Below are positions 26,102-34,962 of a stretch of DNA of 64,000 nt, piece after piece (position 1 is the stretch's first letter; the number at the start of each line of letters is the position of its first letter). Origin of the DNA: a virus (taxonomy: Duplodnaviria > Heunggongvirae > Uroviricota > Caudoviricetes); the IMG/VR virus record IMGVR_UViG_2537561978_000005. One strand, 5' to 3'. The position numbers and the translations under genes are program-made. The notes beneath the pieces were generated by a model that saw nothing but the letters and a program-made list of their open reading frames with translations, searched no databases and had not been told where the DNA came from.

Positions 26102-26493
26102 TGTACGGGACTACCAAATTAAGCACTCAACAGGCCACCAATATGGAGTGGTCTATCGCTAACTGTAAGATCGAGTCATGCAATGCCACGCGTACTGATG
26201 TGGGCCATAAAAGCACTATAACAGGCTATCTAGTAATGACCACCAGGGGGATAAGGGTTAGATTTCGCTGGAAAGCAGAGCAAGTAACCCCATTCAGAGA
26301 GCCATCAATGCCGCTGCAGGTTGAGCAGGATTATCTATGTTTACCAGAAATAGATGGAGGAATGCTGGTGGAGTCTGATGGTAGTAAGGCTGATTTTGAA
26401 GCCAATTTGAAGCTGGCACAGGCCGTAATCAATAGTTATCGCGGACAGTGGATCGCAAAAGTGAAACATGTTGTTCGTTTGTCTCGCTGGTAG
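26101..26493 (+). CDS. Hypothetical protein
   Basis: 130 aa, start overlaps upstream stop (TGATG). Confidence 0.5.
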   Translation: MYGTTKLSTQQATNMEWSIANCKIESCNATRTDVGHKSTITGYLVMTTRGIRVRFRWKAEQVTPFREPSMPLQVEQDYLCLPEIDGGMLVESDGSKADFEANLKLAQAVINSYRGQWIAKVKHVVRLSRW

Positions 26494-26510
26494 CATTAGA
26501 TATTTAGTAT

Positions 26511-26527
26511 TAATTTTCTAATACATT
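26511..26527 (-). promoter_or_regulatory. Operator-like motif (variant TTTCTAATA)
   Basis: 26515-26523, about 80 bp upstream of the 26602 gene. Confidence 0.3.
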
Positions 26528-26601
26528 CATCTTTTTACCAGTCTATACAGTTTTAACATTCTCATTATCATCCCCTCGGTCATTTCCTGCCCGGGGGATT
26601 A

Positions 26602-26994
26602 ATGGAACAAATCAGCAGCGCAGAAATTGCGGATATCATGATCAGGGCTGACTGCTATCTGACAGTCACTGAAATTACCACTCTCGCCAAAGAAAAATAC
26701 CCTCATCTCCATGTTTCACGAGTAAGTGTAACTAACATCATTCGTCATTTTGTTCGTTCAAGCAGGGCAATCTGTGAGCTTGATGATCGTGTTTACCCAC
26801 GAAAATACTGGTTGCATGGCCTGAACGGATATCAGTTCAAGGTGCGTGGGCGAACCCCTGAATATGGCAGTTTACTGGTTAAAAACTGTAGCAGGAAATC
26901 AGTCGAACAGGCGCGAAAAGAGCAACGAGAGCTGGTGGACATGGCGAATAAGCTGTGGAATGCCGCCGTTAAAAAGCGTGGTGTTGCTTTATGA
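26602..26994 (+). CDS. Hypothetical DNA-binding protein immediately upstream of pacA (position of a late-gene activator such as Lpa)
   Basis: 130 aa, RBS GGGGGA; synteny only. Confidence 0.3.
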   Translation: MEQISSAEIADIMIRADCYLTVTEITTLAKEKYPHLHVSRVSVTNIIRHFVRSSRAICELDDRVYPRKYWLHGLNGYQFKVRGRTPEYGSLLVKNCSRKSVEQARKEQRELVDMANKLWNAAVKKRGVAL

Positions 26995-28355
26995 GTCTGG
27001 TTAATTGGGAGGAGCACCGCGCCCGCTTTATAGCGTTGCGTGAAGAAAAAGGGATCACTGTAAAGGAATACTGTGAGGAGCATGGCCTTAGCTTCAATAC
27101 AGCCAGAAAGCATCTCAATATGAAAAAAAATGAGGTGCGGTCGCAGGTAAAGACAACAAAAAAAAGCACCAAATCACCTGAAAAAAAACGGGCGGGAAGA
27201 GCAACAAAAAAGCTGGAAGAGGGTGCAGAAAAAACAAAATTTACAGAAATTGACAATTCGCAGGGCGCAGGTTCTTTCCGAAGTATGCCGAGAAAGAAAA
27301 CTTCGGATCATGAAAATAATTCAAATAATAACAATGAGATAAAAGAATCTGTCAGGAGATCATTGCGCGAAAAAATGGCGAAAATGATCCCCGAAGAAGA
27401 TAAAAACGCCCCAAAAATTGAGGGATCTTCTGCAATGATCCCTGACGGTGCTGTGCAGCGTGCCACATTGCCAACTACGAATGTGGCTCGCGATATGATG
27501 AAGAACGGCGCAGAAGAACACCTGCGGTTAGCAATTCAAATGGCGCAAGAGCGCGCACTTCAGTATCAAAGCATTGTTGATCAGGAGGCCGAACGTCTAC
27601 AGGCGGAAATAGACGCCTTGGGCGATAAAGAGCCAGAAGGAATGCACCCTGGGCAGCGCCTTCTCGGTCTAATCAGTGACGCGGCCTACTACATGAATGA
27701 TTTTATCAGTAGGTTGGCAGCTATATATCAGTCCGAACAAAAGCTGCGACAGGGGGATGAAAAGCTTCGTCAGAGCGCTCGCCAGCAAGCATTCAAAGAG
27801 GCTGAGGCCAGAGAAAAACTCGAATTAGCACGCCTACAGGCCGAACAGCGTGGCAAAGAGATTGAATATCGCATTGGCGCTGACGCACGCGCAGCCAGAG
27901 TTATCGCCGCCGCTATACGTATGCGTGAGCGCGAGGAACTGGATGATATCGGTGTTGCTGAATACATCGAGCGCCAGGGTGTCAGCGTCCCGGCTATCCT
28001 CGCGGCGCGCGCGGCGAAAGCTATCACTCTTCTCGAACCACCTGTTTCTGACGTCAATGATGTTGATGATGAACAGCTGGACAAAGAGGCAAGGGAGTTT
28101 GCAACGCTTCAGGCTAACCATCCGCAATGGCTGGCAGAGCGCCGGGCGGATGTGGCAACCATTGTTGAAGAATTGGGGTGCGGAGATTACGACCGCAATG
28201 GCGAGCGTAAAGCTGGAGAATTCGAGGCCAACGACGAAGAGCTGGATATTGACCCTTCGGCAACGGCTGAAATTTACGGTGATTATGATGCATCTGATGC
28301 AGGGTATGACGCCGGAGATGATGATATCGCGATAGAACCGCCGGAGGATGATTAA
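26991..28355 (+). CDS. pacA: Terminase small subunit (PacA-like)
   Basis: 454 aa, N-terminal HTH-like region, Lys-rich linker, acidic C-terminus; overlaps the terminase large subunit start; GATC cluster in its 5' third. Confidence 0.6.
   Translation: MSLVNWEEHRARFIALREEKGITVKEYCEEHGLSFNTARKHLNMKKNEVRSQVKTTKKSTKSPEKKRAGRATKKLEEGAEKTKFTEIDNSQGAGSFRSMPRKKTSDHENNSNNNNEIKESVRRSLREKMAKMIPEEDKNAPKIEGSSAMIPDGAVQRATLPTTNVARDMMKNGAEEHLRLAIQMAQERALQYQSIVDQEAERLQAEIDALGDKEPEGMHPGQRLLGLISDAAYYMNDFISRLAAIYQSEQKLRQGDEKLRQSARQQAFKEAEAREKLELARLQAEQRGKEIEYRIGADARAARVIAAAIRMREREELDDIGVAEYIERQGVSVPAILAARAAKAITLLEPPVSDVNDVDDEQLDKEAREFATLQANHPQWLAERRADVATIVEELGCGDYDRNGERKAGEFEANDEELDIDPSATAEIYGDYDASDAGYDAGDDDIAIEPPEDD
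27300..27585. other. Candidate pac site region: cluster of GATC-containing hexamers
   Basis: GATC at 27306, 27386, 27424, 27437 and 27579 (TGATCC/TGATCA forms), 5 in about 280 bp against about 1 expected. Confidence 0.35.
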
Positions 28356-29863
28356 TGGCTGGCGGGCGCAAGATTAAATGCGTCACCAGCGATCCACGCT
28401 GGCGCGATATGGTAATCAAATACCGCTACAACTTTACCCAGGCTGTAGTCGATATTTTTGGGATGTTCCCCTCCCACCAGCAGCAGCAGATCATTCAGTC
28501 AGTGCAGGAAACGGGGAGTAGGACGACCGTCACGTCCGGACACGGAACGGGGAAGTCGTCCCTTACCGCGATGTTGCTGTTGATTTTTATGATCCTGTTC
28601 CCCGATGCCCGTGTCATCATTGTTGCTAACAAGATAGGCCAGGTAAAAACAGGCGTATTCAAATACGTTAAACAGTATTGGGCGAATGCAGTTAAGCGTC
28701 ATGGGTGGTTGCAGACCTATTTTGTCCTCTCTGACACCATGTTTTATGAGCGCTCCCGTAAGGGGATTTGGGAAGTTCTCTGCAAAGGTTATCGACTCGG
28801 CAACGAAGAAGCGCTGGCGGGGGAACACGCGGCACATTTGCTTCTAATTCTGGATGAAGCATCTGGTATATCTGATAAGGCGATCGGCGTAATGACCGGT
28901 GCTCTTACTGAAGAAGATAACCGGATGTTGATGCTATCCCAGCCAACAAGGCCAAGTGGTTATTTCTACGATTCGCACCATTCTCGAGCAAAAACCCCAG
29001 ACAACCCGAAAGGGATCTGGACAGCAATTGTTCTTAACTCGGAAGAATCACCGTTCGTCACACCACAATTCATCAAGGAGAAGCTTCTGGAATATGGTGG
29101 GCGCGATTCTATTGAGTACATGGTCAAGGTGCTTGGTCAGTTCCCACGAGAAATTAACGGCTATTTGCTTGGTCGTGATGAATGCGATCGCTCTGCTCGC
29201 CGCAAGGTGTTGTTGGAGAAAAACTGGGGATGGGTGGCAACGGCTGACGTTGGTAATGGGCGAGATAAGTCGGTCCTCAACATCTGCAAGGTATCAGGTC
29301 ACAGGGATAAGCGGCGCGTTGTTAACTTTAAGGTAATGGAGATGCCTGGCACTATGGACCCATTGGCCTTTGCTGACTTCATATATAACGAATGTACGCC
29401 GGAAAAATACCCGAATATAACAATCGCGGTTGATGCTGATGGTTTTGGTTCTGATACGTGTGCGCAGTTGGTGCGTCGTGGTGCGAACCCGGTACGTATT
29501 CGGTGGGGAAAACCCATGTTTGCGAACAAAGACAGGGAGCGATTTGTTAATCAGCGTGCCTACGCAAATATTATGGCGCGAGATGCCATAAAGTCAGGGC
29601 GTATGCGGATAGACAGTGACCCTAAAACGGCAGAGCAAGCGTCAAAAATCCCCTTTTTACTGAATGAAGAAGGGAAAATGGCGATGATGCGCAAAGAGCA
29701 CATGCGGCAAAAGCTAAACATCAAATCGCCTGACCGATGGGATACCTACTGCTTCACTATGCTGGTGGACTATGTGCCTGCTAATGAAGATATTGGTGCC
29801 GAAATGGCAACTTTCCGAGATCAGGTTCTGGCGGATATCGAAATGCCGGATCTGGATATATAA
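28355..29863 (+). CDS. pacB: Terminase large subunit (PacB-like)
   Basis: Walker A SGHGTGKSS, Walker B LLLILDEASGI, start overlaps pacA stop (TAATG), GGAGG RBS. Confidence 0.75.
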   Translation: MAGGRKIKCVTSDPRWRDMVIKYRYNFTQAVVDIFGMFPSHQQQQIIQSVQETGSRTTVTSGHGTGKSSLTAMLLLIFMILFPDARVIIVANKIGQVKTGVFKYVKQYWANAVKRHGWLQTYFVLSDTMFYERSRKGIWEVLCKGYRLGNEEALAGEHAAHLLLILDEASGISDKAIGVMTGALTEEDNRMLMLSQPTRPSGYFYDSHHSRAKTPDNPKGIWTAIVLNSEESPFVTPQFIKEKLLEYGGRDSIEYMVKVLGQFPREINGYLLGRDECDRSARRKVLLEKNWGWVATADVGNGRDKSVLNICKVSGHRDKRRVVNFKVMEMPGTMDPLAFADFIYNECTPEKYPNITIAVDADGFGSDTCAQLVRRGANPVRIRWGKPMFANKDRERFVNQRAYANIMARDAIKSGRMRIDSDPKTAEQASKIPFLLNEEGKMAMMRKEHMRQKLNIKSPDRWDTYCFTMLVDYVPANEDIGAEMATFRDQVLADIEMPDLDI

Positions 29864-29864
29864 A

Positions 29865-29881
29865 GCCCCGCGATGCGGGGC
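29865..29881 (-). terminator. Hairpin between convergent genes, T-rich on the minus side
   Basis: GCCCCGC-gat-GCGGGGC; on the minus strand followed by TTTATAT. Confidence 0.45.
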
Positions 29882-29890
29882 CGGTTGTGA

Positions 29891-30928
29891 TTACCAGAGC
29901 TTCGCGGCGTACTGCGTTTGGGGGAATGTGTATCCGTAACGTTCTTCGATTGCTTTGCCGTATTTTTTACGAGCTTCATTCAGTTTTATGCCGGTCAGGT
30001 CGTCTCCAGAGGCCATCATTACGTCTAACAATTCCAGATCCATTTTATCCAGCCTTGCCATTGCTTCACGTGATGTACGTATCTTACGCTCAATGATATG
30101 GCGAATAGCCGGATCGGCATCCTCCAGCATCTTAGCGGATTTCTGCTTAAGGCTTTCATTGCGAATATCGATGTTCCTTAAGATGTACGACTTCGCAACG
30201 TAGCTTGGCTGGTGTTTTTCCAGGTCACGAACACGATATAAGTTAAAATCGCCGAGAAGGCTGCAAGGTACCGATTCGACGCCAGAATAAATTGTAATGC
30301 TCCGGCGCTCACCAACATTATTGACAACGGGGATCGTTGTCTTCGGTAGTCTTGCGAAAACCAATGCGCCATGTGCGCCAACTCTAAAGCGAGAAAGGGC
30401 ATTGCTGCCTTCGATGTTTGTTGTCAGCACAACATCTGTATATGCCTCTTTACGCGCCCGGTAGATCTCGCCTTCAGGCTCAGCTTCAAAGAAGCGCTGT
30501 TCTTCTTCAAGAGCACCTACGATTTGAGAAAAAACCCTATTTTTCAGGCTTTTCTTTATGATTTTGTCGTATTTTTTGAGCAATTGTTCACGTGTAAATG
30601 TACGTGTTGTTGTAGCGCTTTGCACAACAACATGCGTGCTTTGATTGGTGTCCTCAATGATGAATGGGATCGGAGAATATACAGACTCAACAATGTTCGA
30701 CGCTTTGCCGTCGGCATCGCGGCACATGTCAACGAAGGCTTTCCATTCAGCAAGACATTTTTCAGCTTCTTCTAATATGTTTTGGTCATGCGTTAATGCA
30801 ACATGGCGGAATTCCTCGCCAGCATAACTGGTATCATGGAAAACAGAGTTTGCGACCACCAGCTCTTTCCACCGTTCAGCGGTTTGCAGGAACCGTTTGT
30901 ACTCTTTCTCGATCGACTTCTTACTCAT
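29891..30928 (-). CDS. Hypothetical protein; candidate master repressor by position and by operator at its own start
   Basis: 345 aa; sits between pacB and lox-cre where P1 carries c1; operator-like motif 20 bp upstream of its ATG; no sequence-level match asserted. Confidence 0.5.
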   Translation of the reverse strand: MSKKSIEKEYKRFLQTAERWKELVVANSVFHDTSYAGEEFRHVALTHDQNILEEAEKCLAEWKAFVDMCRDADGKASNIVESVYSPIPFIIEDTNQSTHVVVQSATTTRTFTREQLLKKYDKIIKKSLKNRVFSQIVGALEEEQRFFEAEPEGEIYRARKEAYTDVVLTTNIEGSNALSRFRVGAHGALVFARLPKTTIPVVNNVGERRSITIYSGVESVPCSLLGDFNLYRVRDLEKHQPSYVAKSYILRNIDIRNESLKQKSAKMLEDADPAIRHIIERKIRTSREAMARLDKMDLELLDVMMASGDDLTGIKLNEARKKYGKAIEERYGYTFPQTQYAAKLW

Positions 30929-30943
30929 TATTCCTACTCGATT

Positions 30944-30960
30944 TAGTTTTCTAACATAAA
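30944..30960 (-). promoter_or_regulatory. Operator-like motif
   Basis: TTTCTAACA at 30948-30956, reads ATGTTAGAAAAC on the strand of the downstream gene. Confidence 0.4.
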
Positions 30961-31137
30961 ATTACTATGACAAATTTATGTCGAATAACAGAGTGAGTAA
31001 AGGATCGAACTGTGATTTTTTGTCATCAAATTTAGAAAACCAACTGTATAAACCACGCTTCGCAAATTAAAGACCATGAAGGCAACGTGTTACTGGTCAG
31101 AATCAATCTGTGATGGATTAAAAAAAATCGCCATTTT

Positions 31138-31171
31138 ATAACTTTAAATAATTGGCATTATTTAAAGTTAG
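31138..31171. other. lox-like recombination site (13-bp inverted arms, 8-bp spacer)
   Basis: ATAACTTTAAATA-ATTGGCAT-TATTTAAAGTTAG; arms match each other 12/13 and match loxP arms (ATAACTTCGTATA) at 10/13; 150 bp upstream of the Cre homologue. Confidence 0.7.
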
Positions 31172-31322
31172 GCTATAATTATGGGTAGATGATCAGTATT
31201 GACATCACTGAAAATACGCGCCTCGAATCAAAGGCTTGAATCTTGAAAATTAACTTATAGCTACCCTGTCATTTTTATATTTTTCGCGTAGCGTTATCTG
31301 TATATAGAGGTTAAATAGTTTC

Positions 31323-32351
31323 ATGAGTGAATTAATTATCTCTGGCAGCTCCGGTGGTTTTCTGCGCAACATTGGCAAAGAGTACCAGGAGGCCGCAGAA
31401 AACTTTATGCGGTTCATGAATGACCAGGGGGCTTATGCGCCGAATACTCTGCGCGACCTCCGGTTGGTGTTTCATTCATGGGCGCGCTGGTGTCACGCTC
31501 GCCAGCTTGCCTGGTTTCCGATCTCACCAGAAATGGCCCGCGAGTATTTTCTTCAGCTGCATGATGCCGATCTGGCTTCGACCACCATTGATAAGCACTA
31601 CGCCATGCTGAATATGCTGCTTTCGCATTGTGGCCTTCCGCCACTTTCGGATGATAAAAGTGTTTCTCTGGCTATGCGGCGCATCCGGCGCGAAGCGGCA
31701 ACTGAAAAAGGCGAACGAACAGGCCAGGCTATACCGCTTCGGTGGGACGATCTGAAACTGCTCGACGTCCTGTTGTCCAGGTCAGAACGGCTGGTGGACC
31801 TGCGCAACCGGGCTTTTCTCTTTGTTGCATACAATACGCTGATGCGTATGTCGGAAATCTCGCGTATTCGTGTAGGAGATCTGGATCAAACAGGTGACAC
31901 TGTCACGCTACATATTTCACACACGAAGACAATAACGACCGCCGCCGGGCTTGATAAGGTGCTTTCCCGTCGCACTACCGCTGTGCTGAATGACTGGCTG
32001 GATGTTTCCGGGCTTCGCGAACATCCTGACGCAGTGCTGTTCCCGCCGATACACCGTAGCAATAAGGCCAGGATCACGACAACGCCCCTTACTGCACCTG
32101 CAATGGAGAAAATATTCAGCGACGCCTGGGTGTTGCTGAATAAAAGAGATGCTACGCCAAACAAAGGAAGATACCGGACGTGGACCGGGCATAGTGCACG
32201 CGTCGGGGCCGCTATTGATATGGCTGAAAAGCAGGTGTCTATGGTGGAGATCATGCAGGAAGGAACCTGGAAGAAACCGGAAACACTTATGCGGTATCTT
32301 CGCCGTGGCGGCGTGTCTGTGGGGGCTAATAGCCGCCTGATGGATTCGTAA
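31323..32351 (+). CDS. cre: Tyrosine recombinase, divergent Cre homologue
   Basis: 342 aa; alignable along its length with Cre from memory (WFP, VSLAMRRIRRE, RNRAFLFVAYNTLMRMSEISRIRVGDL, WTGHSARVGAAIDMA, C-terminal catalytic Tyr in RYLRR region); roughly 45% identity. Confidence 0.75.
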   Translation: MSELIISGSSGGFLRNIGKEYQEAAENFMRFMNDQGAYAPNTLRDLRLVFHSWARWCHARQLAWFPISPEMAREYFLQLHDADLASTTIDKHYAMLNMLLSHCGLPPLSDDKSVSLAMRRIRREAATEKGERTGQAIPLRWDDLKLLDVLLSRSERLVDLRNRAFLFVAYNTLMRMSEISRIRVGDLDQTGDTVTLHISHTKTITTAAGLDKVLSRRTTAVLNDWLDVSGLREHPDAVLFPPIHRSNKARITTTPLTAPAMEKIFSDAWVLLNKRDATPNKGRYRTWTGHSARVGAAIDMAEKQVSMVEIMQEGTWKKPETLMRYLRRGGVSVGANSRLMDS

Positions 32352-32353
32352 AT

Positions 32354-32370
32354 TAAATTTCTAACACATC
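32354..32370 (-). promoter_or_regulatory. Operator-like motif
   Basis: TTTCTAACA at 32358-32366 just after the cre stop. Confidence 0.35.
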
Positions 32371-32424
32371 TTTTTAGATTAACGCCTTTGCTGTAAAGTA
32401 CCCTCGCCTATTTAGGAGGGTGCT

Positions 32425-32769
32425 TTGCAGAGTCAAATCACGGAATCAAGACGCTTCAAGGTGGATGGTTACACCGTAACCTTCGCCGCTGGTGTTAAGA
32501 ACAGTCATGCTGTCGTTGTGTTCGGCATCATGACCGGGCTTGAGGCCGTCCCTGTGTTTACCCTCGAAAAAAACTGGCGAAATCTGGAGGAAGCAGAAAG
32601 CTACGTCCGGAAAGTAACCATCATTGCCGCCGAAAAACTCCTGGCCCACTATCAGGAAAATTATCGCACTATGGTCGAGAAGATTAATCTCGCTTTCACT
32701 CGCCCCACTACCGGCTTTATTGCACCGGATACTAATGCCGGTCGATATCCTGCAAGGGGGTGTCGGTGA
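32425..32769 (+). CDS. Hypothetical protein
   Basis: 114 aa, TTG start after AGGAGGG. Confidence 0.45.
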   Translation: MQSQITESRRFKVDGYTVTFAAGVKNSHAVVVFGIMTGLEAVPVFTLEKNWRNLEEAESYVRKVTIIAAEKLLAHYQENYRTMVEKINLAFTRPTTGFIAPDTNAGRYPARGCR

Positions 32770-33242
32770 AAACTTATTACCCATCTCTGAATTGTTACCC
32801 GTCTTCCTATCCAGAATTATCCGGGAAGCTGTTAGCTCTATTAGCTAAAGCACCTACGGAATGGTTTAAGCCAGTCGTTATCAATCCACACTTCCTGGGT
32901 TACGGATCTGTTCGCACTCGTAACGAACTCAAAAACCTACTGGCGCATGGATTCATTCGACACCGTGCCGGGAAAGGCTATCAGTTAGCGATTGCGCCAG
33001 AAGAGGCCGTGCGGCTATTCGCATATCGTGACAGCCAGACAAAAACTCGGGTAATAGCTCAAATACTTCATAACGGCAGCACCTATGCCCGCCAGTTTGG
33101 CGGCGACACGTCGCAGTTCTTGCGGGCGGTGCGATCGCTGGATGAGCAAGGAGTTATTGAAAGTTCCTGTCTTCCTGTTCCTACCGTTCCACATATCAAA
33201 CGTCGGGTTTACACCTTCACGCAGAGAGCTAAAAAACAATGA
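32766..33242 (+). CDS. Hypothetical protein
   Basis: About 158 aa; GTG 32766 chosen over track start 32760 for SD spacing. Confidence 0.45.
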   Translation: MKTYYPSLNCYPSSYPELSGKLLALLAKAPTEWFKPVVINPHFLGYGSVRTRNELKNLLAHGFIRHRAGKGYQLAIAPEEAVRLFAYRDSQTKTRVIAQILHNGSTYARQFGGDTSQFLRAVRSLDEQGVIESSCLPVPTVPHIKRRVYTFTQRAKKQ

Positions 33243-33733
33243 TTTACGTAAAAGTGAAACGCCTACATCCGGCAGCAAAACTTCCAGCTTATGCCACCTC
33301 CGGATCGGCGGCGATGGATTTTGAGGCTGTTGAAATAAAACCATGCGTCGATAGCAATGGTGCAATTTCCTCAAGCTGGTGGGTGTATACCGGACTGGCT
33401 ATGGAGATCCCGCCCGGCTGGTGTCTGAAACTCTATCCGCGATCAGGATTGGGCTGCAAAAAACATACTCGCCTGGCTAACTGCGTAGGAATTATCGACT
33501 CCGATTATCGCGGCGAAATCATGGCAAAACTGATTACTGATCCCGGCGGGGAAGGCGTTTGTCTCAAGCCTGGAATGGCTGTCATGCAAGGAATTTTTGA
33601 GCGTGTTGAACAAGTCTCACTAGTCGAGGTTGAGGAACTCAACGAAACGGAGCGTGGTGCTGGTGGCTTTGGTAGCACATCGGAAGGCCACTTTGAAATT
33701 AAGCGTTCACCGCTTCAGTACGAAAAGTTATAA
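33239..33733 (+). CDS. dut: dUTP diphosphatase (dUTPase)
   Basis: Motifs AAMDFEA, RSGLG, IDSDYRGE, RGAGGFGSTS in canonical order. Confidence 0.8.
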   Translation: MIYVKVKRLHPAAKLPAYATSGSAAMDFEAVEIKPCVDSNGAISSSWWVYTGLAMEIPPGWCLKLYPRSGLGCKKHTRLANCVGIIDSDYRGEIMAKLITDPGGEGVCLKPGMAVMQGIFERVEQVSLVEVEELNETERGAGGFGSTSEGHFEIKRSPLQYEKL

Positions 33734-33747
33734 GCAGAGAAAAGACT

Positions 33748-34188
33748 ATGAATAACATGGCAACGAAAGAGCTTTTTAAGTTCCGTCCCAAATACAAAGC
33801 TCACAAAAAAAATGGAACCACGGTCATCATTACGGATGACAACGGCGTGATGATTAATCTTACCGGGAGCGTAACTATTTCTGCTGGTGGCATCACCACC
33901 CAGCAAGAAGAAATCGACCTTGAAGCAGCCGACTTTTCAGACGCGCTGATGTGGCTGAAGGAAGGCAAGAAAGTTGCTCGACGCGGGTGGAACGGCGAAA
34001 ACCAATTCTGCTGGCTGGTTCCTGAAGGACAGTACCCGGCACGAATGGAAGCCATTAAGGGATATTTCCCCGGCGACCTCGTTCCGTATGGTGCTTATTT
34101 CGCCTTAAAAAATGCACAAGGTGTAGTTGTTCCGTGGGTGCCTTCAGTTGGCGACCTGCTGGCCTGTGACTGGTTTGTTGTGGAGTGA
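33748..34188 (+). CDS. DUF2829-family protein (Tad2-like candidate signal-sponge fold)
   Basis: ALMWLKEGKKVARRGWNGENQF ... GDLLACDWFVVE matches the DUF2829 pattern as I recall it. Confidence 0.45.
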   Translation: MNNMATKELFKFRPKYKAHKKNGTTVIITDDNGVMINLTGSVTISAGGITTQQEEIDLEAADFSDALMWLKEGKKVARRGWNGENQFCWLVPEGQYPARMEAIKGYFPGDLVPYGAYFALKNAQGVVVPWVPSVGDLLACDWFVVE

Positions 34189-34194
34189 TTTGAC

Positions 34195-34962
34195 ATGGAA
34201 AGCACTAAAACAATTCAATACCGCTTGCGTAATGGCCTGCTGGTGGCTGTTAACGCCGACATGTCACTGCCGTTTGACACGATTGAACGCACTATCATGA
34301 CGTATCTCGGCTTTAATGAAGAGCTGAATGAAGAGCATGGCGTAGCTATATGGAGTGATGCAGACAGCGGCGTTCGTCGTTACATCACCGCCAGGGGCAA
34401 AGACTACTCTCTGGAAGAACTGTTTGCCCTTGCGCAGTCTTTCGAATGTGTAGCATTAGACCTGTTTAATGATCCTGCTATAGCGCAACGACTTATACGC
34501 GAGCTTGGGCTATCCGTTACACCAATTATATTTAAAAATGGCAGCCTGACTGGCACATGGCGCGTAGAACGCATCTCAAACTACCTTCCATATAACCGAC
34601 AGTTAAATGGAGTAATCTCCGGCGTTAACCAGCCCGTAGCGTGTGAAAATGTAAACCTAGTTGTCGCTGTTTTGGCAACCGCATGTCGTGTTATCGGTTT
34701 GGCTAAACAGGCATTTATTCATTTCCCAAATGGTGCAGAAGGTAGCGCAGAGATTATCGCGTGTGATTTCGAATTTACCTGGATGCTACGCGAATATCTG
34801 GACCAAACAGTATTCCGTGCCGAAGAACTGGATATGTATATCACGTCAACGATTCCAGACGATGTGCGAGCTGAAGCAATCGCTACAGCCAGGGCGAAAT
34901 GCCGTGCGGCGATTGCAGAACAGGCCAAAGAAGAAGTTAAGGAAGTGGCAGATGGCGACTAA
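34195..34962 (+). CDS. Hypothetical protein
   Basis: 255 aa, RBS GGAGTGA. Confidence 0.55.
   Translation: MESTKTIQYRLRNGLLVAVNADMSLPFDTIERTIMTYLGFNEELNEEHGVAIWSDADSGVRRYITARGKDYSLEELFALAQSFECVALDLFNDPAIAQRLIRELGLSVTPIIFKNGSLTGTWRVERISNYLPYNRQLNGVISGVNQPVACENVNLVVAVLATACRVIGLAKQAFIHFPNGAEGSAEIIACDFEFTWMLREYLDQTVFRAEELDMYITSTIPDDVRAEAIATARAKCRAAIAEQAKEEVKEVADGD

Noticed and set aside
29887-30954. Plus-strand ORFs 29887..30096, 29955..30203, 30371..30775, 30664..30954
   Set aside because: Antisense to the 345-aa minus-strand gene, which has an RBS and an operator at its start; the plus-strand ORFs are short with Cys/Phe-rich low-complexity translations.
34661-34951. Upstream extension of the PacB-paralogue ORF (track start 34661)
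   Set aside because: It overlaps nearly 300 nt of the preceding gene in another frame; homology to PacB begins only at the ATG at 34952, which has an SD.
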